From Candidatus Onthomorpha sp. (lineage in GTDB: Bacteria; Bacteroidota; Bacteroidia; Bacteroidales; P3): a stretch of 64,000 nucleotides of DNA. The position numbers and the translations under genes are program-made. Below, piece after piece: positions 27,053 to 36,389 of the stretch; position 1 is the stretch's first letter, and each line of letters opens with the position of its first letter. The stretch lies in assembly GCA_045635365.1 (NCBI GenBank), contig JAZRCB010000039.1, positions 65,986 to 129,985 on the forward strand, written 5' to 3'. The notes below the pieces were generated by a model. The model had not been told where the DNA came from, ran no database searches, and saw nothing but the letters and a program-made list of their open reading frames with translations.

Positions 27053-28057
27053 TTAATGTGTTAATTTATATATCAATTCTTTAAATAATTCACTATTATC
27101 AAAATTTGAGCCTAATCCTTTTGTTTTTAAATCGTATTCTTTTATTAGTTCTAAATTTTGATAAATTTTCTCTAATTGAAACACTTGTATTGCATAAAGA
27201 TAATCTTTTGCAAAATATGGAGAAACTCCAACAGCAGACGCTACAGCAGCATCTGATTTTTCTTTTAACTGAGAAACTAATGCTAATTTCGTAAAATAAG
27301 AAAACAGATTTGGAAGAATCTTCTGTATTGGATTCTCATCTGTATTTGACAAAAGATATTTTACTATTTTGTTTATCTTATCATGTTGTAATCTACCTAT
27401 AGCATTTTGTAGCTCAAAGACATTATAATCCTTATTTACTCCTATGTGATTAGCTACATTTTCAAGTTTTATAACACTTGCTGGTGGTAAATTAATCAAC
27501 ATTTTATTGATTTCATTAGATATCTTTTGCAGATTATTACCAAGATATTCAAAAATCAAATTTGTAGCAGAACTTTCTATTTGAAAGCCTATTTGTTTTA
27601 CATAATCATTTATCCAAGGAATTACCTTGTTATCATAAAGTTTACTGCTCTCAAATACGACCCCACTCTTATTTACTTTATCTAAAAACTTTTTATCTAT
27701 AGTTTTGTTTTTATTTGCAAGAATTAAGATTGTAGATTGCAAAGGTTTCTCAATATAAACACTTAAGGGAACTAATTCTTTTTTGTTAAGCTGTTGAAAT
27801 TCCTTTACTATAACTAATCTCTTTTCTGACATCATTGGATATTGTTTTGCAAAAGAGCAAATCTCTTTTGAATCTGTTTCAATGCCATAAAGAGTAGTAA
27901 TATTGAAGTCTCTTTCCATTTCATCTAAGACTTCTTCTTCAAACTTTGATACTAAAAGGTCTATATAATAATTCTCCTCCCCTGTTATTAAATATACAGG
28001 AGAGAAGCTCTTTTCTTTAAAGTGTTTTAATATATCTTCTATCTTTTTAAGTATCAT
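27053..28057 (-). CDS. holA: DNA polymerase III subunit delta
   Basis: 334 aa. The N-terminus KSFSPVYLITGEENYYIDL, the length and the helical C-terminal domain are typical of HolA. Confidence 0.8.
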   Translation of the reverse strand: MILKKIEDILKHFKEKSFSPVYLITGEENYYIDLLVSKFEEEVLDEMERDFNITTLYGIETDSKEICSFAKQYPMMSEKRLVIVKEFQQLNKKELVPLSVYIEKPLQSTILILANKNKTIDKKFLDKVNKSGVVFESSKLYDNKVIPWINDYVKQIGFQIESSATNLIFEYLGNNLQKISNEINKMLINLPPASVIKLENVANHIGVNKDYNVFELQNAIGRLQHDKINKIVKYLLSNTDENPIQKILPNLFSYFTKLALVSQLKEKSDAAVASAVGVSPYFAKDYLYAIQVFQLEKIYQNLELIKEYDLKTKGLGSNFDNSELFKELIYKLTH

Positions 28058-28065
28058 AATTTGTT

Positions 28066-28112
28066 TTTAAGAGAAAAAAGAAATCCCTTTCCTCAGAAAG
28101 GAAGGGATTTCT
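28066..28112 (-). terminator. Intrinsic terminator after gldJ
   Basis: gaaatccctt (28080-28089) pairs with aagggatttc (28102-28111), with inner tcc/gga pairs. The minus-strand RNA continues with a U-run (plus-strand A-run 28074-28079). Confidence 0.7.
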
Positions 28113-28152
28113 CTATATTTAATGAATCAAATACTTCTATTCAGAATAATAT

Positions 28153-29667
28153 TTATAATTCTCTTGTTCCCATTCTGTCCATTGCACAACGGAATCCTAT
28201 CCAATCTGTACTTTGAGCTTGATCTAAGAATCTTCTTTGTCCAGGACTTAAATAGAATGCTCTATCTTTCCAAGAACCACCTTTTACTACTCTTGATTTA
28301 TCATCAACCATTGAAGATACTTCGTAAGCATACATTTTGCTTGTTTCTTTTACTACTTCCTCTCCTTCTTCAGAGTCAGATGATGCTTCAACTTCTTCTC
28401 CATCAGATTCTACTTTCCAAGCATCTGCAAGTTGTGAAGCTAAATCTCCATCTAAGTAGTTAATGTTATCAGATTGACGATAGTTCATTCTGTTTATATT
28501 TTCTTCAACAGTAACAGCTCTATAAGATATTCTTCCTAATGAGTCTTTTTCAGCTATCATTCCATCTGAATCTGTAACTTTTGTCATATATACGTTACCT
28601 CTATAAGGGTTGATTCCTTTTGAATCTACACCTGTACTAACTCTATATACGTCCATTACCCATTCAGCAACATTTCCTGCCATATTGTATAAACCATAGT
28701 CATTAGGGAAGTAGAACATAACTGGCGCTGTATATTCCCAGTGGTCATTTAATGCACTTGCAACTCCCATAGCATCACCTCTACTACGTTTGAAGTTTGC
28801 CATCATTTGACCATAGTATTTCTTTTCAGCAGTTCTTACTATATGTCCATTCCATGGATATATTCTTCTTTCAACTATTCTTTCTTCTACTGTATTTCCT
28901 ACTAAAGATAGAGCTGCAAATTCCCATTCTGCTTCAGTTGGAAGTCTGAAACGTGGTAACAACAATCCATCTTCCATTTTAACTTTTCTTGTACCAGAAG
29001 AATTTGGATCTAAGTCAGGTAAATCTTCTAAAACATAGCCTTCATATTGTCCTGCATAGTAAGCATCTGTTGTGAATACATTTTCTCCTGATTGGTCAGG
29101 GTCAAATTCTAATATACCTGCATCTATCAATATCTTTTCATTAACTCTGTCTGTTCTCCATGAGCAATATTCATTAGCTTGCAACCAACTTACTCCTACA
29201 ACAGGGTAATCTGCCCAAGAAGAATGACGGAAATAATAATCTACCATTGGTTCATTGTAGCTTAATTTTGAACGCCAAACTAATGTATCTGGTAATGCTC
29301 TTTGATAAACCTCTGGATAATCATTTCCATATACTCTATTCAACCAATAAAGATATTCTCTATAGTCTTGATTTGTTACCTCACATTCATCCATATAGAA
29401 TGAAGAAACTGTAACTCTCTTTGGTTGATTGTGCCATTCATATCTTACGTTGTCAGTAGTTTGTCCCATAACAAATGAACCACCTTCTATAAATACCATT
29501 CCTGGAGGTGTCATTTGGTCATAACCAGGTGCTGATTCAAAACCTCCCCATGCTGAATCATTGTAATTCCAACCTGTTGTTGCAGATTGATCTGCTCCTT
29601 TACAATTAGCAAACAAAACAATAATTCCAAAACAAAGGACAACTTTACTAATTAATACCTTATTCAT
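28153..29667 (-). CDS. gldJ: Gliding-motility/T9SS-associated lipoprotein GldJ (SUMF1/FGE fold)
   Basis: 504 aa, lipobox LFANC. TTGWNYNDSAWGGFE, FIEGGSFVMGQ, YMDECEVTNQDYREYLYWL, GNVAEWV, KGGSWKD. In Flavobacterium, gldJ is adjacent to porU/porV, as here. Confidence 0.85.
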   Translation of the reverse strand: MNKVLISKVVLCFGIIVLFANCKGADQSATTGWNYNDSAWGGFESAPGYDQMTPPGMVFIEGGSFVMGQTTDNVRYEWHNQPKRVTVSSFYMDECEVTNQDYREYLYWLNRVYGNDYPEVYQRALPDTLVWRSKLSYNEPMVDYYFRHSSWADYPVVGVSWLQANEYCSWRTDRVNEKILIDAGILEFDPDQSGENVFTTDAYYAGQYEGYVLEDLPDLDPNSSGTRKVKMEDGLLLPRFRLPTEAEWEFAALSLVGNTVEERIVERRIYPWNGHIVRTAEKKYYGQMMANFKRSRGDAMGVASALNDHWEYTAPVMFYFPNDYGLYNMAGNVAEWVMDVYRVSTGVDSKGINPYRGNVYMTKVTDSDGMIAEKDSLGRISYRAVTVEENINRMNYRQSDNINYLDGDLASQLADAWKVESDGEEVEASSDSEEGEEVVKETSKMYAYEVSSMVDDKSRVVKGGSWKDRAFYLSPGQRRFLDQAQSTDWIGFRCAMDRMGTREL

Positions 29668-29704
29668 ATCTTAAATTTTATATTTGTTTCTAAATTAATA
29701 CTAA

Positions 29705-30691
29705 TTAAAATGATGGACACTTAATTGCTTGCATCTTTTTACGTTTTTCTGGACAAGGAAGTTGCATTCCTAACGTAATTTCATGAGCTCCACCTGATGC
29801 ATTAGATAATTGTGATACTGTTATATCGTAGCTATATCCAATTTTAAGCTTTTCATATTGGATTCCGAAAAGTAATATTAATGCATCTGAATTATCAAAT
29901 CCTATTGATTGTCTATACCAAGTACCAACAATGAATGGACTCCAATCTAAATACATTCCATAATTCAACATTTGGAAGCCACCTTGATAGCTATAAACTA
30001 CGTTTGGTGATATAATAGGTTGTCCAAACAAATCATTTGTTCTTCTTTTATCTCTACTTAAGTTAAGTCTTATTCCTCCATTTGCAGTAAAGCGCATAGG
30101 TATTCTATTGTAAGAAATAAAACCATCATTAGGTCTTGTTAAGTTATTTGCAGCACCTCCTACATACCAATTTTCTCCATATAACACAAATGCTGCTCCA
30201 AAATCAAGAAATGTGTGAGAAAGTTGCTCTGGACGAGCAGCCATTGTTGAATAAATAAAACCATATCTTGGGTCAATCATATCAGGGAAAGATAATTGAT
30301 CCCAATCTAAACTTCTATTTGTAACACTTGCTTGAGCTGCTAAATTAAGGAAAACATCTCTTGAAAGTTTCAATCGCAAAGAGTAAATCAAAGAAGCAAC
30401 ATTTGTTCTATAGAATTCACTTTGCATATCACTCATAACAGTTACTCCTATACCTCCAGCAAGAGCATCTATATACTGATCATAGCTTGCAGAGAATGTT
30501 TTAAATGCCCCTAAAGTTGGCCATTGATCTCTGTAAGATAAAGAAAATCTTGGGCATACAGCTGATCCTGCTAAAGCTGGGTTAGTATATAAAGGATTAG
30601 CATAGAATTGTGAAAAATGTGGATCTTGAGCTTGTACAAAAGAACAAGCAAACACTAAAGATACCACAAAGGACAATATTATTTTCTTCAT
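29705..30691 (-). CDS. PorP/SprF-family T9SS outer-membrane protein
   Basis: AQDPHFSQFYANPLYTNPALAG after the signal peptide is the family's hallmark N-terminus. Start moved from 30748 to ATG 30691 (MKKIILSFVV...). The protein ends ...IKCPSF. Confidence 0.85.
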   Translation of the reverse strand: MKKIILSFVVSLVFACSFVQAQDPHFSQFYANPLYTNPALAGSAVCPRFSLSYRDQWPTLGAFKTFSASYDQYIDALAGGIGVTVMSDMQSEFYRTNVASLIYSLRLKLSRDVFLNLAAQASVTNRSLDWDQLSFPDMIDPRYGFIYSTMAARPEQLSHTFLDFGAAFVLYGENWYVGGAANNLTRPNDGFISYNRIPMRFTANGGIRLNLSRDKRRTNDLFGQPIISPNVVYSYQGGFQMLNYGMYLDWSPFIVGTWYRQSIGFDNSDALILLFGIQYEKLKIGYSYDITVSQLSNASGGAHEITLGMQLPCPEKRKKMQAIKCPSF

Positions 30692-30829
30692 ATTTATTAA
30701 AATTATTCTTCGTTTTTTTAATAGTTTTAGTCTAATTTGAGTTGGCAATATTACGAAAAAAAATGCAAATAGCGAAAGTTTCTTAGTTTTTTTTTATTTC
30801 CCATACCCTTAAACATACATTATTATACT

Positions 30830-30837
30830 CAAAAATA
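30830..30837 (-). promoter_or_regulatory. Candidate -7 box (TATTTTTG on minus strand) for porP/sprF-gldJ
   Basis: CAAAAATA on +. It lies 138 nt upstream of ATG 30691. Confidence 0.35.
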
Positions 30838-30870
30838 CAATTTTGGTTTCACTATTACAGGCAGTATTTT

Positions 30871-30878
30871 TATCTTTG
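30871..30878 (+). promoter_or_regulatory. Candidate -7 box (TATCTTTG) for porU
   Basis: Matches TAnnTTTG. It lies 153 nt upstream of ATG 31032, so the leader would contain repeat array C. Confidence 0.4.
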
Positions 30879-30894
30879 CAAGAAATTTCAAAAC

Positions 30895-30975
30895 AATTCT
30901 TTGTTTAAAAAAAATAAGTCTTTGTTTTAATTTTTTAATTCTTTGTTTTAATTTACTGAAACAAAGAAAGAAATT
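30895..30975 (-). repeat. Phased 21-nt CAAAGA(A) direct-repeat array (copy C)
   Basis: TCTTTG on + at 30898, 30919 and 30940 (exact 21-nt spacing). It shares the 32-nt core with copies A and D. Its end forms a 10-bp hairpin, ttctttgttt...aaacaaagaa. Confidence 0.8.
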
Positions 30976-31031
30976 ACAATAAATGCACAAAAAAAATGTT
31001 ATATTAAGTTGTATATACATAAATAAAATAT

Positions 31032-34000
31032 ATGAAGCGATTTTTCTTATTAGTAATAACACTCTTGCTTGTTAATACAAATTTATCTCAAGCTCAAAAC
31101 ATAAGTTATCCCGACTCTTCTGTTTTAGCCTCTGGTAATTGGTACACCATTAATATACCTACAGATAATATTTACAAACTTACATACGATGATTTCATAT
31201 CATTAGGAGTTCCTGAAGAAGAAATAAATTTTGAAAACCTATCAATATTTGGTGCTTGTGAGGGAGCAATAAGTGACACTAATAGTTTATACAAACAGTC
31301 TGACCTTACAGAAAAAGCAATCTTTGTAAACCCTCAAGGACGTTTTGCTCTATTTTATGCAAAATCTACAATGAAATATGATTATGACCAAATAAATCAA
31401 AATTTCTATTTTTCCCCTCACCCATACTCTGATTTAGCAACTTATTTCATCACATTTGACCCTTCAAAAGGCACAAAGAAAAGAATATCTCCAAGAAATC
31501 AAATCAATACTGAAAACATAGAAGAAACTAAATTCAGTAAAGATTTCTTTTTACATAAAAGAGAATTAGTAAATCTTTTAGGTTCAGGCAGATGTTGGTT
31601 AGGAGAGGCTTTTTCAAGCATGTCTAATCAAAATTCTTTTCCTCTATCATTACCGGGATTATCCTCAGAACATCAAAGCAAGATAACTATTAGTTTAGCA
31701 AATGAAAGTTCCTCAGCAGTAAACTTTACTTGCAAACTTAATAACACTAACATAGGTACTATAAATATTGCAGCAAAACACAATGATTATGCTGCTCAAA
31801 TGACAACAAAGGAATTTGAAACAAGCATATCAAATGAATACCCAACTCTTCTTTTACAATTCAATAGCAATAGCAATATTGACAAAGCTAAATTAGACTT
31901 TATATTGGTCAATTACACTAAAAAATTAAGACACAACAACTCTGCACTAAAATTCTACTCAAACAAAAGCCTTGAAACAAATAAAAGCACACGTTATATA
32001 ATAGAAAACATCAGAACAGACAATGTTAATATATGGGACGTAAGTAATCAAAATGATGTTTGCTCAATAACAGATTTTGAAAGAGATGAAAATAACGAAT
32101 TAAAACTAATTATTCCAAATGACACCTTAAGAACAATATATGTATTCACTAATACCACCTTCCCTACTCCTATATTAAAAGGTAAAATTGAAAATCAAAA
32201 CATTCACTCTTGGCAAGCAACAGATTTCATCATAGTTACAGCACCAGAATTTAAAGAACAAGCAGACTCACTTGCACAATTACATAGAATCTATGATGGA
32301 ATCACAGTAAATGTTGCAACAACTACACAAGTTTATAATGAGTTTTCATCAGGCACAAAAGACTTTCTTGCCATAAGAGAACTAGCAAGAATGCTTTACA
32401 ACAAGTATTCATCACAAGGAAAAGCACCTAAAAACCTTCTTTTATTTGGAGATGGCACCTATGATAATAAAAACATCTTAGGATTAAACAATAATTTCAT
32501 ACCAACCTATCAATCTCTAAACTCAATCATTGATGCAGGTTCATCATACACAACAGATGATGTAATAGCATACCTTTCTCCTTATTCAAGGGGTAGAATT
32601 GATGACACCTTAATGATAGGCATAGGAAGAATAACTGCAAACAATGCAAGCGAAGCAAATATTTTTCTTGAAAAATGCAGAAGATACATCTCTAAAGAAG
32701 ACTTATCAAAAGGCATGCTTGGCAGTTGGAGAAACAACATAACACTTACAGCAGATGATGCAGACACTTGGGGAGAAAGATACTTCATTGACAATGCAGA
32801 AACTATATATTATGAAATCAAAGAAACAAACCCTATTCTCAATGTAGAGAAGATTTATTCTGATGCCTACAAACAATACTCCTCTTCTTCAGGAGCTACT
32901 TACCCAGACGCATCTAAAGCAATTAATCAAAGAATGAAAAAAGGCTGTCTATTATTTAACTATGTTGGACATGGTTCTGAAGACCACCTTTCAAGTGAAA
33001 GACTAATAACAATTACAGATATAACAAGCTGGGACAACTATTACTCATTACCAATAGTAATTACCTCTACTTGTGAATTTACAAGATTTGATATGTCTGA
33101 CAAACAATCTGCAGGAGAGTTCATTTTATCCTCTTCTAATGGAGGAGGCATTGCCCTTATCTCTGCTTCAAGAAAGATACCTTCAAGAAATGAAATCAAC
33201 ACAAACATACATAGATTTGCTGTAATAAAAGAAAACAACAAAGGATTAACCTTTGGGGAAATGTTTATGAGAGCAAAAAATGCAACTGCACTTGTAGTAG
33301 AAGAAAGAAGCTTTGGATTATTTGGAGACCCTGCCTTAAGAATAGACCTACCTGAATATAATATTCGCACAACAAAAATAAACAATAGAGCAATATCACA
33401 AAATAGCATAGACACAGTAAAAGCCCTTTCTCAAATGATTATAGAAGGAGAAATCACAGACCATTATAACAATGTCATACAAGACTTCAATGGCAAAATA
33501 GAAATTACCCTTTTAGACAAAGCAAGTAATTATTACACATTAGATAATGAAGGCTTAGACACAGACATAGAATTTGAACAACAAAAAAACATATTACACA
33601 AAGGCACTACACAAGTAGAAAATGGAAAATTCACTTACACACTAACTATTCCAAAAGACATTGCTTATAATTTTGGAAAAGGTAAATTGAGTTATTATGC
33701 ACAAACCTCAACAACAGATGCTGCAGGATATTGCGATGATTTCATCATAGGAGGAATTGACACCACTGTAATAATAACCGAAACACGTCCAAACATTCAA
33801 TTATTCATCAATGACACTAACTTTATTAATGGAGGTATAACAGATGAAAATCCAAAACTTTTCGCTATTATATCAGATGAAATTGCAATCAACACAGTTG
33901 GAAGTGGATTAGGTCATGATATTATGGCAAGATTAGACAATGCTGCAAATACTTTTGTGCTTAATGATTACTTTGAAGTTGATGCAAACAACCCTAATAA

Positions 34001-34445
34001 AGGAACTATCACATTTCCATTTAATGATTTATCAGACGGAGAACACACATTAAGCCTAAAAGTTTGGAACATCTTTAATTTCTCTTCAGATGCCACTATT
34101 ACATTTGTTGTAAACTCATCTGAAAATGGAAAAATAATGAAACTAAAAAATTATCCTAATCCATTTACTTATGAAACTCAAATTATATTAGAACACAATC
34201 AACCTTCAACAATAGAAGAAGCACAATTATTTATTTATAATCAAGACGGAAGACTAATTGCCTCAGAAGATGTTACTCCATATATAGGTTCTTACAGCAT
34301 AGGTCCTATAAGTTGGCAAGGAACTACTATTGGAGGAGAAAAGCTTTCAAATGGTGTGTATTTTTGCAGAATGCAAATCAAAACACAAACTGACAAAATC
34401 ACAACACCAACTCAAAAAATAATCATTTTTAATAGAAACAAATAA
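31032..34445 (+). CDS. porU: T9SS sortase / C-terminal signal peptidase PorU (C25-like)
   Basis: 1137 aa. The N-terminus SSVLASGNWYTINIPTDNIYKLTYDDFISLGV is typical of PorU. Gingipain-like region (LLLFGDGTYD, NYVGHGSEDH, TSTCEF). T9SS CTD-like end (YPNPFTYET...GVYFCRMQIK). Confidence 0.9.
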   Translation: MKRFFLLVITLLLVNTNLSQAQNISYPDSSVLASGNWYTINIPTDNIYKLTYDDFISLGVPEEEINFENLSIFGACEGAISDTNSLYKQSDLTEKAIFVNPQGRFALFYAKSTMKYDYDQINQNFYFSPHPYSDLATYFITFDPSKGTKKRISPRNQINTENIEETKFSKDFFLHKRELVNLLGSGRCWLGEAFSSMSNQNSFPLSLPGLSSEHQSKITISLANESSSAVNFTCKLNNTNIGTINIAAKHNDYAAQMTTKEFETSISNEYPTLLLQFNSNSNIDKAKLDFILVNYTKKLRHNNSALKFYSNKSLETNKSTRYIIENIRTDNVNIWDVSNQNDVCSITDFERDENNELKLIIPNDTLRTIYVFTNTTFPTPILKGKIENQNIHSWQATDFIIVTAPEFKEQADSLAQLHRIYDGITVNVATTTQVYNEFSSGTKDFLAIRELARMLYNKYSSQGKAPKNLLLFGDGTYDNKNILGLNNNFIPTYQSLNSIIDAGSSYTTDDVIAYLSPYSRGRIDDTLMIGIGRITANNASEANIFLEKCRRYISKEDLSKGMLGSWRNNITLTADDADTWGERYFIDNAETIYYEIKETNPILNVEKIYSDAYKQYSSSSGATYPDASKAINQRMKKGCLLFNYVGHGSEDHLSSERLITITDITSWDNYYSLPIVITSTCEFTRFDMSDKQSAGEFILSSSNGGGIALISASRKIPSRNEINTNIHRFAVIKENNKGLTFGEMFMRAKNATALVVEERSFGLFGDPALRIDLPEYNIRTTKINNRAISQNSIDTVKALSQMIIEGEITDHYNNVIQDFNGKIEITLLDKASNYYTLDNEGLDTDIEFEQQKNILHKGTTQVENGKFTYTLTIPKDIAYNFGKGKLSYYAQTSTTDAAGYCDDFIIGGIDTTVIITETRPNIQLFINDTNFINGGITDENPKLFAIISDEIAINTVGSGLGHDIMARLDNAANTFVLNDYFEVDANNPNKGTITFPFNDLSDGEHTLSLKVWNIFNFSSDATITFVVNSSENGKIMKLKNYPNPFTYETQIILEHNQPSTIEEAQLFIYNQDGRLIASEDVTPYIGSYSIGPISWQGTTIGGEKLSNGVYFCRMQIKTQTDKITTPTQKIIIFNRNK

Positions 34446-34503
34446 TAAAACACAAATAAGATCGTTTTATAACTTTAAATATTTAAACAAATAGAAAAAT
34501 AAG

Positions 34504-35775
34504 ATGAAAAAGATTCTTTTATTATTAGCAATACTAATATTTGGAAACAGCGTTTTTGCTCAATTAGACAATAACAATCTTGCTATAGATGAACTATCTG
34601 GAAAAATAACTGATGGAGCAAGAATAATCTCAACAGGAGTTCCTTTATTGATAATTGCACCTGATGCAAGAAGTGGAGCAATGGGAGATGTTGGGGTAGC
34701 AAGTACTCCTGATGCTAATTCTGTTCACTGGAATGCTGCAAAATTAGCTTTCATGGATAAAAACGCAGGAGTTTCTTTCACTTACTCTCCATGGTTAAGA
34801 GAAATAGTTTCTGATATTGAGTTGTTATATCTTGGAAGTTATTACAAATTAAATGAAAGAAGTACTTTAGGGGCTTCATTAACTTATTTCTCACTTGGAG
34901 CTATAGACTTTTTTGACCAAGAAGGTTATGCAACAGGAACATATAAACCTAATGAATTTGCAGTTGATTTAGCCTACACAATGAAACTTAACAACAACTT
35001 GGCTATCTCTTTAACAGGAAGATATATTCGTTCTGACCTTACCCAAGGACAAAATGTAGGAACAACACAAACACATGCTGCAAATGCAGGAGCTACTGAC
35101 TTAGGTGTTTATTACCAAAAAGCAATCAAGGCTGTACACCCTACAGAATTTGCTTTAGGAGCTCAAGTTTCAAACCTTGGTTCAAAGATTTCTTACTCAG
35201 ATAATATGGACAGTGAATTCTTACCTGCAAACTTAAGACTTGGAGGTAGATACACTACTCAATTTGACCAATTCAATGAAATTTCACTTATGTTAGACTT
35301 CAACAAACTACTTGTACCTACTCCACCTGTTTATGACTCTATTGGAAATATTTTTGCTGGTTTAGACCCTAATGTAGGAGTTTTCCAAGGAGTAATACAA
35401 TCATTCTATGATGCACCAAACGGATTCAAAGAAGAAATTCAAGAAATCTCTCTTTCACTTGGAGCAGAATATTGGTATAACAAAGTATTAGCAGTAAGAG
35501 CTGGATATTTTTATGAAGCTAAAAACAAAGGTGCAAGACAATACCTTACACTTGGAGCTGGTATAAAATACAATGTAATGGGATTAGACATTAGTTACTT
35601 GATTGCAACAGGACAACTAAACAACAACCCACTAAAGAATACTTTAAGAGTTGGTTTAAGTTTTGATTTACAAAGTGACAAACAAAAAAGTTCTGAAAAT
35701 AATTCTCAAAAAGAAACACAACAAATCAAACAAAAAGACCCTCAACAAGCTTTAGAAAAGAAGAATACTAAATAA
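34504..35775 (+). CDS. porV: T9SS outer-membrane shuttle/channel protein PorV (LptO)
   Basis: 423 aa. STGVPLLIIAPDARSGAMGDVGVASTPDANSVHWN is the PorV signature. It has an unusual ~35-aa K/Q/S-rich C-terminal tail. Confidence 0.9.
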   Translation: MKKILLLLAILIFGNSVFAQLDNNNLAIDELSGKITDGARIISTGVPLLIIAPDARSGAMGDVGVASTPDANSVHWNAAKLAFMDKNAGVSFTYSPWLREIVSDIELLYLGSYYKLNERSTLGASLTYFSLGAIDFFDQEGYATGTYKPNEFAVDLAYTMKLNNNLAISLTGRYIRSDLTQGQNVGTTQTHAANAGATDLGVYYQKAIKAVHPTEFALGAQVSNLGSKISYSDNMDSEFLPANLRLGGRYTTQFDQFNEISLMLDFNKLLVPTPPVYDSIGNIFAGLDPNVGVFQGVIQSFYDAPNGFKEEIQEISLSLGAEYWYNKVLAVRAGYFYEAKNKGARQYLTLGAGIKYNVMGLDISYLIATGQLNNNPLKNTLRVGLSFDLQSDKQKSSENNSQKETQQIKQKDPQQALEKKNTK

Positions 35776-35776
35776 A

Positions 35777-36253
35777 ATGAAAATTAAGACAGGAATAGGA
35801 TATGATGTTCACCAACTACAAAATGGTGAACATCTTTGTTTAGGGGGAATAAAAATACCTTCTGAACTTTCAGCAGTAGGACATTCCGATGCAGACTGCT
35901 TAATTCATGCAATTATTGACTCTTTACTTGGAGCTGCAAACCTAAGAGATATTGGCTACCAATACCCTGATAACAATATGTCTTATAAAGGGATTGACTC
36001 CAAAGAACTTTTAAAAGACACTATTGAGAAAATAAAAGCAAAAGGCTTTTTGGTAAACAACATAGACTCAACAATATGTCTTCAAACTCCCAAAATAGGA
36101 AAATACATACCAGAGATGCAAAAATGCTTAGCCGAAATCATAGGCATAGACACAGAAGACATATCCATAAAAGCCACAACAACCGAAAAACTTGGCTTTG
36201 TAGGCAAAAGCGAAGGCATTGCAGCATACGCAGTCTGCCTAATCACAAAATAA
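35777..36253 (+). CDS. ispF: 2-C-methyl-D-erythritol 2,4-cyclodiphosphate synthase
   Basis: 158 aa. GIGYDVHQL, GHSDADCLIHAIIDSLLGA. The start is 1 nt after the porV stop. Confidence 0.9.
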   Translation: MKIKTGIGYDVHQLQNGEHLCLGGIKIPSELSAVGHSDADCLIHAIIDSLLGAANLRDIGYQYPDNNMSYKGIDSKELLKDTIEKIKAKGFLVNNIDSTICLQTPKIGKYIPEMQKCLAEIIGIDTEDISIKATTTEKLGFVGKSEGIAAYAVCLITK

Positions 36254-36304
36254 AACAAAGAAAAAATAAATTTTTTCAAAGAAATAATTTATTAAAACAA
36301 AGAA
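36250..36304 (+). repeat. 55-nt phased CAAAGA repeat unit (copy B1), identical to 37697-37751
   Basis: ATAAAACAAAGAAAAAATAAATTTTTTCAAAGAAATAATTTATTAAAACAAAGAA. CAAAGA at 36256, 36277, 36298 (and 36319). Nt 2-4 of the unit are the ispF stop codon. Confidence 0.9.
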
Positions 36305-36306
36305 AA

Positions 36307-36348
36307 AAGAGAATATTTCAAAGAAAAATTTGGAGTATTCTCTTTTTT
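36307..36348 (+). terminator. Intrinsic terminator after ispF
   Basis: aagagaata (36307-36315) pairs with tattctctt (36336-36344), followed by a T-run. Confidence 0.6.
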
Positions 36349-36352
36349 CGTA

Positions 36353-36360
36353 TATATTTG
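36353..36360 (+). promoter_or_regulatory. Bacteroidota -7 promoter box (TATATTTG)
   Basis: Matches TAnnTTTG, 29 nt upstream of ATG 36390. Confidence 0.5.
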
Positions 36361-36389
36361 TAGTATAATTTAAAAATCCTTTAATAGCT

